A stretch of 64,000 nucleotides of DNA, taken from positions 15,533,615 through 15,597,614 of the forward strand of contig CAVNZM010000002.1 of NCBI GenBank assembly GCA_963693365.1, read 5' to 3'. This document shows, in pieces, positions 1 to 13,920 of the stretch. The notes under the pieces were generated by a model that was not told the DNA's origin, searched no databases, and saw only the letters and a list, made by a program, of their open reading frames with translations. Position numbers and translations under genes: made by a program. Position 1 is the stretch's first letter; each line of letters begins with the position of its first letter. The stretch is from Amoebidium appalachense (taxonomy: Eukaryota > Protista > Ichthyosporea).

Positions 1-177
1 TCCATTCCACTCCCCCGCCTCCCCCCCCAATTTCCCAACACACATCATCACCACCACCTTTTTATCCCATCGTTGCCTAGCCATGTACACCCACCAGCAC
101 ACACATGCGCACACATAAGCGGGCTGGTGCCTGCAAACCTCCGCTTACACACACAAATATGCACACGCCACCCACTG

Positions 178-230
<53 letters not shown>

Positions 231-240
231 GCCCATGCAG

Positions 241-375
241 ACAGGACAGAGGGAGGTAGACCGCAAGGAGGGAGAGGAGATGGCGATGGCCCATTCGATG
301 CTATTTATAGAAGCCAGTGCAAAGACGAGTGTGGGTGTGGGCCAAGCATTTGAAGAGCTCGTGCACAAGGTAACC

Positions 376-415
<40 letters not shown>

Positions 416-664
416 TCTCCCCCCCCCTCCCCCCCCCCCCCCCCCCCTCTACCCCCCTGCTCATCTTTGATCAAAATGGGTGACCCAGCCATGTTCAAGT
501 GCAACAGTATCTGAGTTGGGTTTCGTTGTCGAAACTCGGGTACTGTGGATAACGTGGCCTTCCCCCTGAGGATGGGCTCTGCTCATTATGCATACCCTTC
601 ATGTGTGGTTTGCACTCTGCATCGTTTTGTCCGTTGTGTTTACTTCGTACTTACGAAGCATTCA

Positions 665-708
<44 letters not shown>

Positions 709-1957
709 ACCCACCCACACACACACACACACTCGTCACCCTCCCCTCCCCTCCCCTCCCCTCTGCTTCCCTCCCCCCTCCCCCAACTGCCCCCACCTCC
801 GATGTATCTCAGTCGTACCTATATCTATGGCTGTCACCTACCCAGCTTTTTACCCACTGACCCGTTTGCTTTTCATTTTGTCATTGCAAAAGGGCCCATG
901 CTTTTTGATATGAGGGGCTCGTGCTTGTTGCACGTGTTTTACTATGTTGATATGTACTGATGAGATCTGGTGGGGGTATGCTGTGAACGATGTGCTGCAT
1001 AAGCCGTAGATATGCATTTGACATATCTTGACGTAGATATGCATTGGACATGTTAGGTAATACATGGTGCTAATTATTAGTATGTTTTTGTTTCAACCGG
1101 AAGTGATTCTTGTGGACCCCCCCCCCCCCTCCCCCCTCCCCCCGTCCCCCTTTCCCCCTCCCCCCTCTCCCCTTCCCCCCCCCCCCCCTCCCCTCCCCCT
1201 CTGCCCCCTCCCCCCCCCTCCCCCTTCCCTCCCTCCCCCTTCTCCATAGGTTAGGGAGTCGGGGAGCCTTGTAGAAGCCCGGCTTATGCTCTACTTCTCT
1301 GTTTGTTTTCTTTGTTTTTTGTCTGCTTGCAGTTTTTGTAGACTCTATTTTCTTAGATTGCTGCTCCTTGAACAACCCTGCTCGTCTTTGGCCAAGACGG
1401 GTGGACTCACCTATTGCTGTTGAAACAAAGTATGGATTGGGAACCACGCCCGAGAGGTTCAAGAGTCGAAACCCATGCTTTTGTGGAGGCATAGGAACCC
1501 CCCTGATGATGGGCTCTGTTCAATTGTCTCCTGCTGCACGCTTAAATTGTTTGATTTTGGATTTCCCACTTTTGTAACGTATTGTTGTTGCTCGTTGTTG
1601 TCTCCTCCATATTTCCAACCCCCTAACACATACATCACCCCCCCCCCCCCCCCCCCTCCCCCAACACCCCCGCCCTTCCCCCCCCCAACACACATAGACA
1701 CACACACACACACACTATCTCTCTCCTTGTGCCAGGCCAACACACCAACAGGCACAAGAAAAAAATGATGATGTGTAGACTGACCACCCATATTTTTTCC
1801 ATTGATGTATCCCTCCCTCCCCCTCACCACACAAAGGTAGCAAAAAATTTAAGAAGTAAGGGGAAATACACTCGCACCGATACGCACACGCGTGCACGTG
1901 GGCGCGCTCGCACATACACTCACACCCAAGCACACACACACACACACACACACTGAT

Positions 1958-2001
<44 letters not shown>

Positions 2002-2033
2002 GTCACTCACTCACAATCATACACACACGCACA

Positions 2034-2083
<50 letters not shown>

Positions 2084-2193
2084 TCCTCGACACTCCCAGC
2101 CTGTACACCACCCCTCAGGCAGGAGGGGGTATCAAGTTGGATGCCGAGTCGGAGGGAGATGAAAGTTACTGTGGGGGATATTGCGGTTTCTGA
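241..2193 (+). CDS. RAB18: Rab18 small GTPase, last two exons (241-369, 2083-2193); 5' part lies outside the window
   Basis: Spliced translation ...REVDRKEGEEMAMAHSMLFIEASAKTSVGVGQAFEELVHK|ILDTPSLY...ESYCGGYCGF*. Rab G5 motif EASAK; Rab18-like CGGYC prenylation tail; phase-0 GT-AG intron 370-2082. Confidence 0.9.
453..667 (+). repeat. Dispersed repeat, unit 1, in the Rab18 intron
   Basis: Aligns by eye with the reverse complement of 29551-29785 (gtcgaaactcgggtactgtgga, ccctgaggatgggctctgct, gcattcaaaccc). Poly-C on both sides. Confidence 0.85.
1255..1637 (+). repeat. Dispersed repeat, unit 2, in the Rab18 intron
   Basis: 1500-1637 is nearly identical to 38302-38430 (+) and 29207-29345 (-). 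1255-1290 and 1375-1405 resemble hairpins at 29870-29900 and 29755-29785 (-). Confidence 0.85.
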
Positions 2194-2261
2194 GCGGACC
2201 TCCCCCGTTCTTTTCTCTTGCTCCCCATGCCCCCCTCTCTTTGCTGTTTGCTCACTTCATT

Positions 2262-2296
<35 letters not shown>

Positions 2297-2437
2297 ACAT
2301 ACACACACACCAACCCTCCCTTTCGAATCGTCGATCCTGGGGCCCTTTTTCTTATGCATGTTTTCACTCATCCCACTCATCCCACTGCCAGTGCCTCGGT
2401 AATTTTCTTTTGTTGCTGGTGGTGGTAGTGCCACAGT

Positions 2438-2483
<46 letters not shown>

Positions 2484-2533
2484 ACACGCACACACACATA
2501 CCACCACAGGGATTTTTTTTATCTTTTTTTTTT

Positions 2534-2564
<31 letters not shown>

Positions 2565-2959
2565 GTTAGGGGACAATACTTATCTGAATATATATTAATA
2601 TACTTTCTACCATGCACTCTGATAGCTCTATCACAATGGGTAAATTACTCAGTGTACATATATAGTCCTGCATGATGGCATGAAGACGTGAACATCGTGC
2701 TTTCAGTGCGGTTGGCAATGATCAGCCGGGACCTGGTCCGGGTGGAATGCCAGCTTCGTATTAACTTAGATGAATATGATATTATAACGTGAAATAAAGA
2801 TTGCGCAATTATGTGGATTGGTCACCGTGGTTTTATAGGTACCACCAGTGGTGCTTTTTTGGTTGTTTAATTGTGGTGACGGGGTGGTGGTGGCGGTGCA
2901 CGTGGGTTTTTTTTCTTTTCTTTTCTTTTCTTTTCTTTTCTTTTCTTTCTTTCTTTCTT

Positions 2960-2993
<34 letters not shown>

Positions 2994-2995
2994 GA

Positions 2996-3028
<33 letters not shown>

Positions 3029-3289
3029 TTGGGTAGTTGCCACATCATCGCATGAATTGCACTATTAATATTCTGAATCCACTTACCCTGTGACGATCCA
3101 TGCGTATATCCGTCTGTATCAGACCAGTCTGAGACAGCTCAGAAATCAAATAAAACCGTGCCTTGCTACGCGTCACAGTAGAACTGTGGTGGCACGCTAG
3201 CTATAAATAATCCTACTTCCTTTTAGTTGTTTAAAAAAATATATATATTTTTATTAAAACTAACACCATGAGACTTCGGGTTGAGTGAG

Positions 3290-4740
3290 GGCCCGGCTTG
3301 CCAAAGAGCGATACATCGTCCGAGCAGACAATCCAGCGTATGGTCGGTTTGGTGGACGGATGGTGCGAGTGTAATATGGTTAAGGTGGGCATTACCAAAT
3401 GTGGCACCTTCTCGGCACCAGCGAAATTTCGGCTATCCAATCGAGATATCCCAATCGTCCCGCCATACAAATATCTGGGCATTCCTTTCACAGCAGCGGG
3501 AATCGACTTTCGGCATATCCTATCCGAACGAATCGCCCGGGCTCGCGCCAAGTTGGGGGTTTATCGCAGTGTTATTTCTAACGTAACCGCCGTCCACCCA
3601 GTTAATCTTCTTCATCTATATCGCGTATTTCTGCGACCTACATTTGAATATGGTTTCCCATTGTTGGCCGTGGCTCCACCTGCCACCCAAGGGACAGCCC
3701 TTGCCGATTTTGATTCGATTAAATAAAAAGGAGTGCCTGCGCTTCATATCGGGCACCCCTACAACCTTCAACTGTATCGCGCCGCTATTGTCACTTTTTG
3801 GGCTTACTACAGCCCGTGCTCGGATGTTTGAGTTAACCCTTCGGTTTTCTTTGCACCTTTCTCGCTTACCTACCCCACATTCTCTTCTCCAACTTTTCCA
3901 CCACCGATTGACTCACCTATTCCACTGTATCAAGCACGCACAGACACCCAATTACCCATACAGACTCTTTTTCGCCATCCTCTTTCTGTTCGCATATATA
4001 TATATCCTTTATTTTTCGATATCTGCAGATAGTCGATGAGTATCGCACATTATATCACGAAGTTTGGTCCACTTTAGACCCTGAGGAAAAGCTAATCAAT
4101 GATATTCCACAGCATCCTATGGAATTGATTTGTTTTACGTTCTCTTAGGCGCTCCCTGTATGGTTCTTTTGGACCACTAGCAAGTAGCATTCCTTTCCAT
4201 ATTAGGAAAAAAATAAAAATAAACGGGGAACCCAACTAATTGAATTTTCTTAGTCGATATGGTGCCTCGTAGAGAAATTAAACCCTGATATATCATCATC
4301 ACCCGACATCTATGTACGTAATCATGATATACCGCTGAGGGGATATTCCGAGCAAAAAACCCCCATGTATACACCTGAGACTGGTCTCTCTTTAATTAAT
4401 TAAATTTGCCTCCAGTAAACAGCGTAAACCCCAAACCTACGTCTGTGTCTGATTATTGTATTTCCCTGCCCAAGCTCAATGTCACTTGGGCGGCATTACA
4501 CTGGCGTATTGATTATGTATTTCATAACCGTAGCTGTCACTTCTGTGATACTAGATTTGATAGAAAGCACTTAGACCGATGTAGCATGTCACATCCAGAT
4601 TGTTCCAGTTTCTGTTCGGCTATGTACAGGCAAAGTTTACCCGCTCTCCCAATATCACTACCTTAGACTTTCTGTTGAATTGCAAAAAGTATGATATTTT
4701 CTAGCGCAGTTTACTCTTGCATGGCTAATAACTTAGCAAT
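3290..4740 (+). mobile_element. 5'-truncated, decayed non-LTR (LINE-type) retrotransposon: RT thumb region and C-terminal CCHC motif
   Basis: Broken ORFs contain YKYLGIPF and LYRVFLRPTFEYG, typical of the LINE RT C-terminus, and CHFCDTRFDRKHLDRC. Several stops and frameshifts. Boundaries approximate. Confidence 0.75.
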
Positions 4741-5782
4741 TTTTGACCCCCATAGTTGAGCTCATCACACGTGCAGCTTTTAGCAGTCTTACTGTAGAAT
4801 TCTCGTTTTTGGTATCATAGTTGGATATATATCCGGTGAAGCTATCTCAGCAACTATCTCGTTGTGTCTATGGCAACTGTACTATATATCCATTCTTAGC
4901 CCTGTCTGATGCCCCGATCGAAATAAAAAAATTATCAATACGTACGTACACCCGTGTATTACTACTGAGGGCCTGTTCAAGTTGCCCGGCTTGCCTGGCC
5001 AGAGTGAACAAGTAACAGAGTAATGTGCTGGTGCATGTGCCAGGTGAGATACATGATCACACACCTCATACATGCCCCGGTCATGTGCAGGGAAGAACTC
5101 CCACCACGTGAAACTGTGAACCCACAAAAGCCATGAATCCCGGTGCACATTCTGTTACATAGCCTATGTACATCCATTCAGGTGTTGATGATCACGGGAA
5201 ATATTTCGATGGGCACACGGGCGTAGGTCTGTACATGTATGGACGGACGTCCCGGGGGCCAGTAGGTACGCATACTGTATATACTCCACCTGTGTCTTTC
5301 ATACATGATATATGGGTTGGATAAAGTTATTAGTTATGGTTTTTATTGATCTAGAAACACATATGCGCGCTCAGTACTACATAGTACACACCGTAAGTGT
5401 GCGACTGCGAACGCTAGATCTGAGCACGTGCACTTGATGCGATGACAAAAACGTTGTCCACTTAGAATCGATCTTTTATTACTTAGTTTGGTTGTAGCCA
5501 ATGAGAAAGGGGAGATAGAGCAGACTTCGAAACTTCGAGCTGCACGAAGTGCATGGTTGGCGCACTGGTTCTATTCCCATTCCCATGCCCCTAAAATTAT
5601 GTTCATCACATCTGCCCTCAAAAGAGATCATGTTATATCTGTTTTAAAACCATGGCTGTCAACATAATAAAGAAAGAAACCAAGGCATAATGCACGACGA
5701 AAGAAAAAATTCTAACTCCTAAGGAGGACATATTTCAAACCCTACTTTTTGAATGTTTAATGGAATGTAATACGTTAGTCAA

Positions 5783-5832
5783 TCTGATTGGCTGTATATT
5801 ACATCATCCATGTGCCCCTCGGGTATATAAAC
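5783..5832 (+). promoter_or_regulatory. Putative core promoter: inverted CCAAT box and TATA box
   Basis: ctgattggct near 5785 and gtatataaa near 5824, about 100 bp upstream of an ATG in A-rich context at 5922. Confidence 0.5.
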
Positions 5833-5921
5833 CAACACCCTTGATTTCCAGTCTTCATTCTTTCGATCGATATCACACACATCAATCATTCAGCAACAAA
5901 ACACTTGAAAAACAAAACAAA

Positions 5922-6548
5922 ATGGAGAACGGAAAGCAGAATGCAGAACAGCCCACTGTTGCTCCCGCCAGCGGTATGGCGAACGAAACTTGTGCTTGTT
6001 GCCCTACGGAAATGTGCAAGAACGTTTGTGCTGCTATGGGTGCGGCTACCGGCACCGAGCCGTGCGAAAACAAGTTCTGTCAGGCTGTGTGCACCAAATA
6101 CACACAGCTGCGCGAACTCCACCCCTATGCCAAAACTGGATGCGACTATATGGAATTTGCCATGATGTTCTTTTACACCCACGTGATTGTGCGCGTTATG
6201 GCTTTGCTCACTCCTTACAAAGAAACACACATTGTTCCCGCCGCCAACTACTGCACGGAGAACTATAAAGTGGTTGTGGACAAGGTGACGGAGACCTACC
6301 AGGCGGGTGTCGACGTTTACAACAAGAACATGACGAATTTATACGACATTTACAACGCCCAGGCGGCCAAGGTGGCTAGCATGTGGGCAGTTGCCATGGA
6401 AACCGCCGACCAGAAATTCCCACAGGCAAAGACGATTTACGCGGAGCAGGTGAAGCCCTATGTCGACATAGCGTGTGTGAAGTATGGCGAAATGCGCACA
6501 GCGGTTCTGGCGTATTTCTACCCTGCTGAGAAGCCCAAGACTGAGTAA
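5922..6548 (+). CDS. Intronless 208-aa protein of unknown function: Cys-rich N-terminus, hydrophobic segment, helical C-terminal half
   Basis: Clean ORF in unique sequence with GC-rich third positions, upstream TATA box and aaaacaaaATG start context. No family recognised. Confidence 0.75.
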   Translation: MENGKQNAEQPTVAPASGMANETCACCPTEMCKNVCAAMGAATGTEPCENKFCQAVCTKYTQLRELHPYAKTGCDYMEFAMMFFYTHVIVRVMALLTPYKETHIVPAANYCTENYKVVVDKVTETYQAGVDVYNKNMTNLYDIYNAQAAKVASMWAVAMETADQKFPQAKTIYAEQVKPYVDIACVKYGEMRTAVLAYFYPAEKPKTE

Positions 6549-7051
6549 TCATTAGAATGGAAGAGCGTAACCTTGTTTGTTATATGTAGAAATTTTATTG
6601 TGCCATATGTATTCGTCACTATGATATTAGTCTAATATATTGGCAAATCGGATTTGTAAGGGGTTGCCTGATAATGTAACAGCCGATATAATTAGGCGAT
6701 AAGGTGTAGTGTGCGAGACGGTGCAAATAAAGTGGTAAATCCAGTTTTAAATTTTCCCCGATATTAGCAATCACTCCCGTACAGGTGCTGTTGATAATGT
6801 CCAGAGGGCAAATGCGGTCTATTTGGAATTCGCACTTTACCTGTTTTTCATGTTCGTTGTTACAAGTTTCGTACAAGTCATTACGACTTGCATACTGCCT
6901 GTGGCAGTCCACGGAGATATTATTAAAATTAGCGCAAAGATGGTTTTTGTGCAACGGTGAATGTTAACTTTTGTGTTGCCTGCTACCCCCCTCCCCCCCC
7001 CCCATCCCCCAAATCCCCCCCTCCCCCCCCATCCCTTTTTTTTGCACACAG

Positions 7052-7102
<51 letters not shown>

Positions 7103-7275
7103 ATACACACACGCGCGCGCGCGCACACGCACACGCACACGCACACGCACACGCACACGCACACGCACACGCACACACACACACTGAAAACTACTCTGTG
7201 TAGCCGCAAAGAGAAAGTAGTTAACACATTACATCACGATCGAGAAATGCCGACATAGTCGTTAATGTGGGGGGG

Positions 7276-7397
<122 letters not shown>

Positions 7398-7885
7398 GAG
7401 GGGGGGGGGGATATACAGGGTTCGTGAAGTAAGAGCTTTGAAGATCATAAAGGTCAGAAGTTAAGAGTGGGGAGAAGGTGGGGGGGGGGGGGGGGGGGGG
7501 GGAGGGGCTGAATAGTCTTGTTCATCCAGAGTTCAAACTGAGGGAACAAATGGACTGCACTGTAAATAGCTTGATTCTTTTCTGGTTTTTTTCCCCCATG
7601 CCACAGGACAGGCTGGTGTGAACACGCGTAAGATACCCACCCTGCACAACTTCAGGCAAAGTGTGTGTGCATGTGTGTCAGTGTGTGTGTGCGTGTGTGT
7701 GTGTGTGTGTGCGTGTGTGTGTGCGCGTGTGTGAGTGTGTACATGTGTATGTGCGTGTGTGTGTGTGCCAGCAGCGAAGAAGATGGAGGCGCAGGCGGAG
7801 AGCCTAAAATTCTAGTTATCGGTAGAATCAAAGGTACAGCAAGCAAGAAGACGGGGGGGGGGGGGGGGGGGGGGGAAGTGTGCGC

Positions 7886-7943
<58 letters not shown>

Positions 7944-8870
7944 GCCAAGCATTTCATTTACCTGTGTGCAACCATGGATGCATGCACGCATACCTGTGTA
8001 CATGGGTGTCTCTCTCCTGTGTGTGTGCGTGTGTATGTGCACGGTATGCGTGCGTGTGCGTGTGCGTGTGCGTGCGTGCGTGCGTGCGTGCGTGAGTGCG
8101 TGCGTGTCTATGTGTGTGTGTGTGTGCTGAGTGGCCTTGAGTATTTGTGTGTCGTGTGCGTGTAAGCACCCCGCCCACGACGGTTTATCTACGTTTGTAT
8201 GTGTGTGGGTGTGTGGTTATATGCGTGGACATGCATATCCCTGTGTGCTAGTTGCCTCCTGGGTTTACAGGCCTGACATAAAACACATTATGATACCAGT
8301 AAGAGCATAGAAAAACTGGACCACAAAACCCTTTCAGAACTTGAACCCATACCCAGAAGTGCCCGCCCACTCACCGTCCCACTGAAAGAATCACCCGGCC
8401 CAGCAGCCACACTTACCAAACAATCACTCACACTCACTCGCACACCCATGCATTCATAGTTTGTTAAAGAATGTACTTGAACAAAAAATTCAAAACGAGG
8501 TGATACAAACCAACCAACACCCACGAACACACTGGCAGCGTTACACAGGAGCTTATTACCAGTAAGGGTGTAGTATTTCAGTGGTTGGCGTGCGCCTGCA
8601 CACGCTACATACTTCGTGTCTCAGAGCGTGCGGAGTTTCTGCCCTAGGCTAACAGTACGGTGCTCTTTGTACCCAGCGTGGTCTATCGTTGTGCCTTAAC
8701 TGGCTACAAGGATCATGGTTCCGGACGCTAAACGGTCTATATACAAACATGAGCCTTTAGTACACAAGAATATATTTTCACACGGCAAAAGTAGCTGGGT
8801 TGGTTGCTCCCACACATGTCGATTCGTCAACTTTCCAATGATTGACCAAAACGGCGCTGTCCAAGATAGT

Positions 8871-9083
8871 CTAGAACATACGACCTCCCCCTGCCATCAT
8901 CTGCAACTCCAGGGCGGACCTCTCTCTCTGAGCGGATTTTGTACCGACCAGTCCTTTCTCCATCATATTGAGGAGGTCATCGTAGTTCATGTTCCCATAC
9001 TGTGCCATGTTGTGAAGCTTGAGGGTCGGGGCCGTGGGGGCTTGCTCGCGCGTGTAGGAGGCGTAGGCGAGAGATTGAGTCAT
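8871..9083 (-). CDS. Possible small 70-aa protein or isolated exon
   Basis: ORF MTQSLAYASY...MMAGGGRMF in unique sequence with coding-like composition and aaaATG context. No homology recognised. Confidence 0.35.
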   Translation of the reverse strand: MTQSLAYASYTREQAPTAPTLKLHNMAQYGNMNYDDLLNMMEKGLVGTKSAQRERSALELQMMAGGGRMF

Positions 9084-10384
9084 TTTCGACTTCAGCTAGG
9101 AAGATGGTATTTATGTATTGGATTTTAGACGGAGAATCTATCTTTGGGGTGGAGTGTTGTGGTGAGGAGTGCCTTTAGTCGAGGCTTGCGTGTTACTGCT
9201 TAGGATGTGTTGCTGTTGTGTCCACCTGACGATGTGTCCCAACGATGAGACCTATGGAGCAAAAACGTGTCTAAATATGTGAAAACGAAGACACTCTGAG
9301 AAAGAAGACAAAAGGAAAGAAACAAAAGGAATTAAACGGTATGCTCTAAGCACCTGTATGTATATATTGACGCTGCCTATATGGTGCACTTTTCACTTTT
9401 GAAGGGATTGACTCTTCGCACAGGTGTCGTGACTCGTGAGGCTTTTTGTATTTGAAGGATCTGGGGGATCTTTGGAGGAGGATGCAAAAGATTCTTGATG
9501 ACTGACGGGGATCCGGATGTGTGTGTCATATGCATGCAGATGCGCGATTCTTGTTCTGTGGTCCAGCACAGACACAAGAGGGGAAGAAATGATATAAATA
9601 TGCAATTTAAATTCATTACCTCTATTACAGAAGTCTGTCAATCAAAAATATTAACAAATTTAAACGTTCTGCCGTGTTGGTCCTAACAGTGTGCACATTA
9701 CGGTAACCCCATGTAGCCCGCACACCGGTGGCAGCATGAGCAATTTCTCCCGAAAAGTCTACTACATAGAATGTCTTACCCATCTCTAAGCCAATAACCA
9801 ATCATCATATGTCACAAAACCTGTTTGTGATATGTCGCTCTAACCATTGGATACAAACTATTACTAGACAGTCATTGGCTGTTTAGATAGCCTGCTTGTC
9901 CAGGTGACACAAGAGTGAGCCCTATTGCAAAGCAAATGGTAATTATGGTGTTTGCTTATATTATTTGAATTGAGTTTTTTTTTATAAAACAATATATTAA
10001 TTTTTAAAATAAAAAAGAATAAAGGTTATGAAATAGCTTGCAAATGCGATGCGTCACAACGGTAGGCAGCCATATGTATGGTATAGGGTGATTTAGTGGC
10101 TCAGCTATGTCCAATCGAATCAATGTTTTCGAATCAATGTTTTGCCCACAAAGAATGTGTTCCCCGTAGGCCGGAGTAGGTCACTCAAGAGTGACTGTCC
10201 ACGGCCCACGTCGACGCTGTTCTTTTTCCCAAAATATAGACCGTGTAAACCGTCACCAATCCTAACATGTGCGTTGACTGAACAGTATTATTCCAATCCT
10301 TTACTTTTTTACCTAGCAAAACGGGCACTGCCCCTTTGTCCGCCCCCGTCCACTCAACTTCCTCCCCCTCCCATTCTATCCAAC

Positions 10385-10709
10385 ATGGCTCTGCGCCCTG
10401 CACTTCGTGTAGGCTCTGCGCTGTTCCACAGCGGGGCTTCCCTACTCTTTAATGTTGGTGGGTCAAAAGCGCCTTCAGTCCGCCCTGTAGCTCGGCTCTT
10501 CGGTATCCTTCCCTCCTCGCTCCCCCCCCTCCCCCCCCTCCCTCCCCTCCCCCCTCTCTCCACATACATACACACACACAGACCACCACCACCACCACCA
10601 CCACCACCACCACCATCTCTCTCTTGTTGCCTTCTTCTCTTTTCTTCCGTGTGGGGTGGCCTCCTTCCACTTCTCCTCTCTCGCCGTCTTCCGCTGATCC
10701 ACCCCTCCC

Positions 10710-10746
<37 letters not shown>

Positions 10747-12212
10747 TTCCCCCCCTTCTCCCTGTTCCCTGCTTCTCCCCTTTCCTCTGGCTCTCATGCC
10801 ATTCGCGTCTCACCGATTCTTTTCTCCTTTCTCCTTAGGTAAATGCTATTCCCGGGAACCTTCTTGTAACAAACGGTTTGCTTGCTCTCGAAGAGTTGAT
10901 CTAAGCCCACAGCATCAAGCAGCAACGATAAACACCTCTCCTGCTTTCCCTTTTTATGCCTCTAGCTGCCTCCATCGTGCCCACGGTTGCTGATTCTCGT
11001 AGAGATCCTTGCAGGGCCACTCATGTTCTAGATGCAAATCTTAACCTCCTCCCCCCCCCCCCCCCCCCCCTTCCCCCCCGCCCATCCCGCTCCCCCCACC
11101 CCCGCCCCGCGATTTTCCCATTGATTTTTTCAGTCTGTCCAATTGCACACGCGCCCGCAAGCAAACACATACACACAGCCAATTGCAACACACCTCACCT
11201 TCATAGTTCTGCTTATGAAACTGGTGTTTTGTTCAATGATCCGTCAGTTGAAACCTATCCCAGTGTTAGCGCTTCCATATTTTTATCTGGATCCTCGATG
11301 CACCTAACCCACCCTTCCCCTCTCTATCCTCCTCCTCCCCTGTTACATCCTCCCCTCCACCTTCCTCTTCCCCATCACACACACACACACTCGCGCGTCT
11401 CTTCCACATGCAAAACCTGCAGACGGTGCACACATCTGCACGATCTCATGCTTGCAGCAACACACACACACAGACTCGCACACCCACACACGCACCCATA
11501 CACCCACATGCACACAAACACACATCCACCCCCCCCCCCCCCCCCCCCCCCCCCCCATCAGCCAATACATCTTACACTACACGTGTTGTAGGCTCACTGC
11601 TACTTCCTAATGTAACAGTTGTATTCCACATACAAACACAAAGATATGCGAATCCATACTTCTGTTCGATCCTATAGTGCTTAAGCCCAGTATCGATCAT
11701 AATAACACTTAAGTAAGTCGATTCTGCTTATTAGTAGCAGGAAAAACATGCACCTGCACATACAAGCACAAACCGGGTGATGCATATGCAAGTCATAATT
11801 GTGACGCAGACAACATGAAAACACACGGTGGTTCCCACCAATTGCATACGCAAAATGCATGCAACACCAGACCTCTACATAAGGTCTAAGTGCCATCGTT
11901 AATATCGTATCTTGAACACATCAAATCCCCCCCCCCCCCACCCTCCCCCCTCAATGACACACACACACAAACACACACGCACACGCCTTTGTACGCTCCC
12001 CTTGCGGCATTTTTTCTTGACCTGCACCCTTCCTTGTTTCCAAGTGTTTTCTAAGGTTTGTTTTTTAAATTTTGTGTACTGGAACAGGAACTTCTCACAG
12101 TTTTATTTCCAGCAAATATATGACTCAGCTGTCGTCTTGTTCTTGCTGCGATTTTCACCTACCTTCTTTTCCATGTTTATGCCCTTCCCCCCCCCCCCCC
12201 CCCCCCCCCTCC

Positions 12213-12257
<45 letters not shown>

Positions 12258-13657
12258 CCCTCCCGGCCTCCGTCACCGCATCCCCCCTTTGTTGCGCTCG
12301 AATTCCCCCCTGTTCACCCCCCCCGCCTCCCCACTGCCTAACTTCCTTATTTGGGTTCATTTTTGACACCGATTGCTGCTTTTCCCCAGGCAGCGTGGTG
12401 AGCAAGGAACATGCCGGGCCAAGGCTGGTGGGTCGGGTCGGGTCGGCACTGGTGGCCGGGGTGCTTCTAAGGTATTTGGTTGGAAGCAGTTTCCCTGCAT
12501 GAGTTGTCGGTTTGTTTCTTTTTTCTGCTTGTTGTCTTATCCTAGGTGTTCTTTGCCCATGAGAGTGGCGCAGCAAGGGGGGGAAGGAACGAAAATGTTT
12601 GGTGCTTTATTCCTTTTTTTTTTTGGGGGGGGGGGGGGGAGGGGGGTTGAAGGAGGGGAGGGGAGGGGGGGGGGAGGGGGGGGAGGGGGAGGAGAAGCAA
12701 GGAACGAAGAGCGGCCAATGATTTGGAGGTTTGGCTTTGCTCAAATACAAACCGGGGGAGTGACAATGTAAGGGGAAAAGTGTGTGTGTGTGTGTGGATA
12801 CGAGGGCTTGGCTGGTGGAAATTGGCTCCTTCTTTTCTGGACTGGTCGGGGTTGATGAGACTTTCCTTTCTTTTTGACCCTGGTGTTTCACCTTCAGGAC
12901 CCTTGTTCCCCCCCCTCCCCCCCCCCCCCTCCCACACACACACACGCTCATCCACGCATCTTCGGCCCTTGTCTTTCTCCCCCCTCCATTTCCTCCCCCC
13001 AACCCTGGCCGTTACCTAGCCCTCGTCTGTTTGTGTCTGAAAACAATTGATGGCGCTACCTTCCACCCCATTCCGCTTATAAGCCTTCATTTCCCCTTAA
13101 ATTCGCCTCAAGCCCCCCATCCCCACCACTTACCTCTTTTCCTCCCGTTACCTCTCTCGCATCCTAAACCATGATCAAATTACCATGTTGATACAGCTAG
13201 GCCCAACCATTGTTCCGCCTTTTTCCCACACTTGAAGTTTCATGTGTATCTGACAGGTACATCATGCACACCACAACTATGCAAAAACACCCTGCAATGG
13301 GGATGTTTATATCGTGCACATATGGAATGCGCATATACAAACCAACACACATGCTTGCACACACAATACCCATACATGAATGTACATTCACCATCGTTTA
13401 CTTAACACTTGCATACACATTCACCTGCTATCCCCCCCTTACCCCTCCTCCTCCCACCCACCCACCACGCACACACACACACACACACACACCTACACAA
13501 CACACACACCCACACACAAGCACACACGCACACCAGCTAACCCCCCCCCCCCCCCCCCCCCTCTTTTCCCGACCTAACACGCACACAGCAAGGCCACCAG
13601 CCCCCTCCACTGCATGGCGCTGACAAAGACCCCAGCAGAGGCTTCCCTACGACGTAG

Positions 13658-13688
<31 letters not shown>

Positions 13689-13887
13689 CCCCCTCCCCGG
13701 GCCCCTACGCGCTCGTGGTATCTTAGTTGGGCTTTGTGCACCGGGTGAATGGGGAAATCCGGGTACTATGGGTTACGTTGGACCAGCTTGAGAGTGGTTT
13801 TTTTTTTATGTGCTGTTTTGTCAGTATACTCACACTTTCATTGTAAGTTTTCGTTGTGGATTTGTACTTGGCACCGTGCTACAAATA

Positions 13888-13920
<33 letters not shown>

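Noticed and set aside
950-1000. Hammerhead ribozyme at CTGATGA (also 25385, 30997, 62858)
   Set aside because: No stem II followed by GAAA and a cleavage triplet.
7607-7814. Two possible + strand mini-exons ending [13 protein letters not shown]
   Set aside because: Splice signals are plausible but there is no start exon or recognisable homology.
10116-10143. Tandem duplication cgaatcaatgtttt x2 upstream of the FUN14 gene as a regulatory site
   Set aside because: A single short duplication with no further support.
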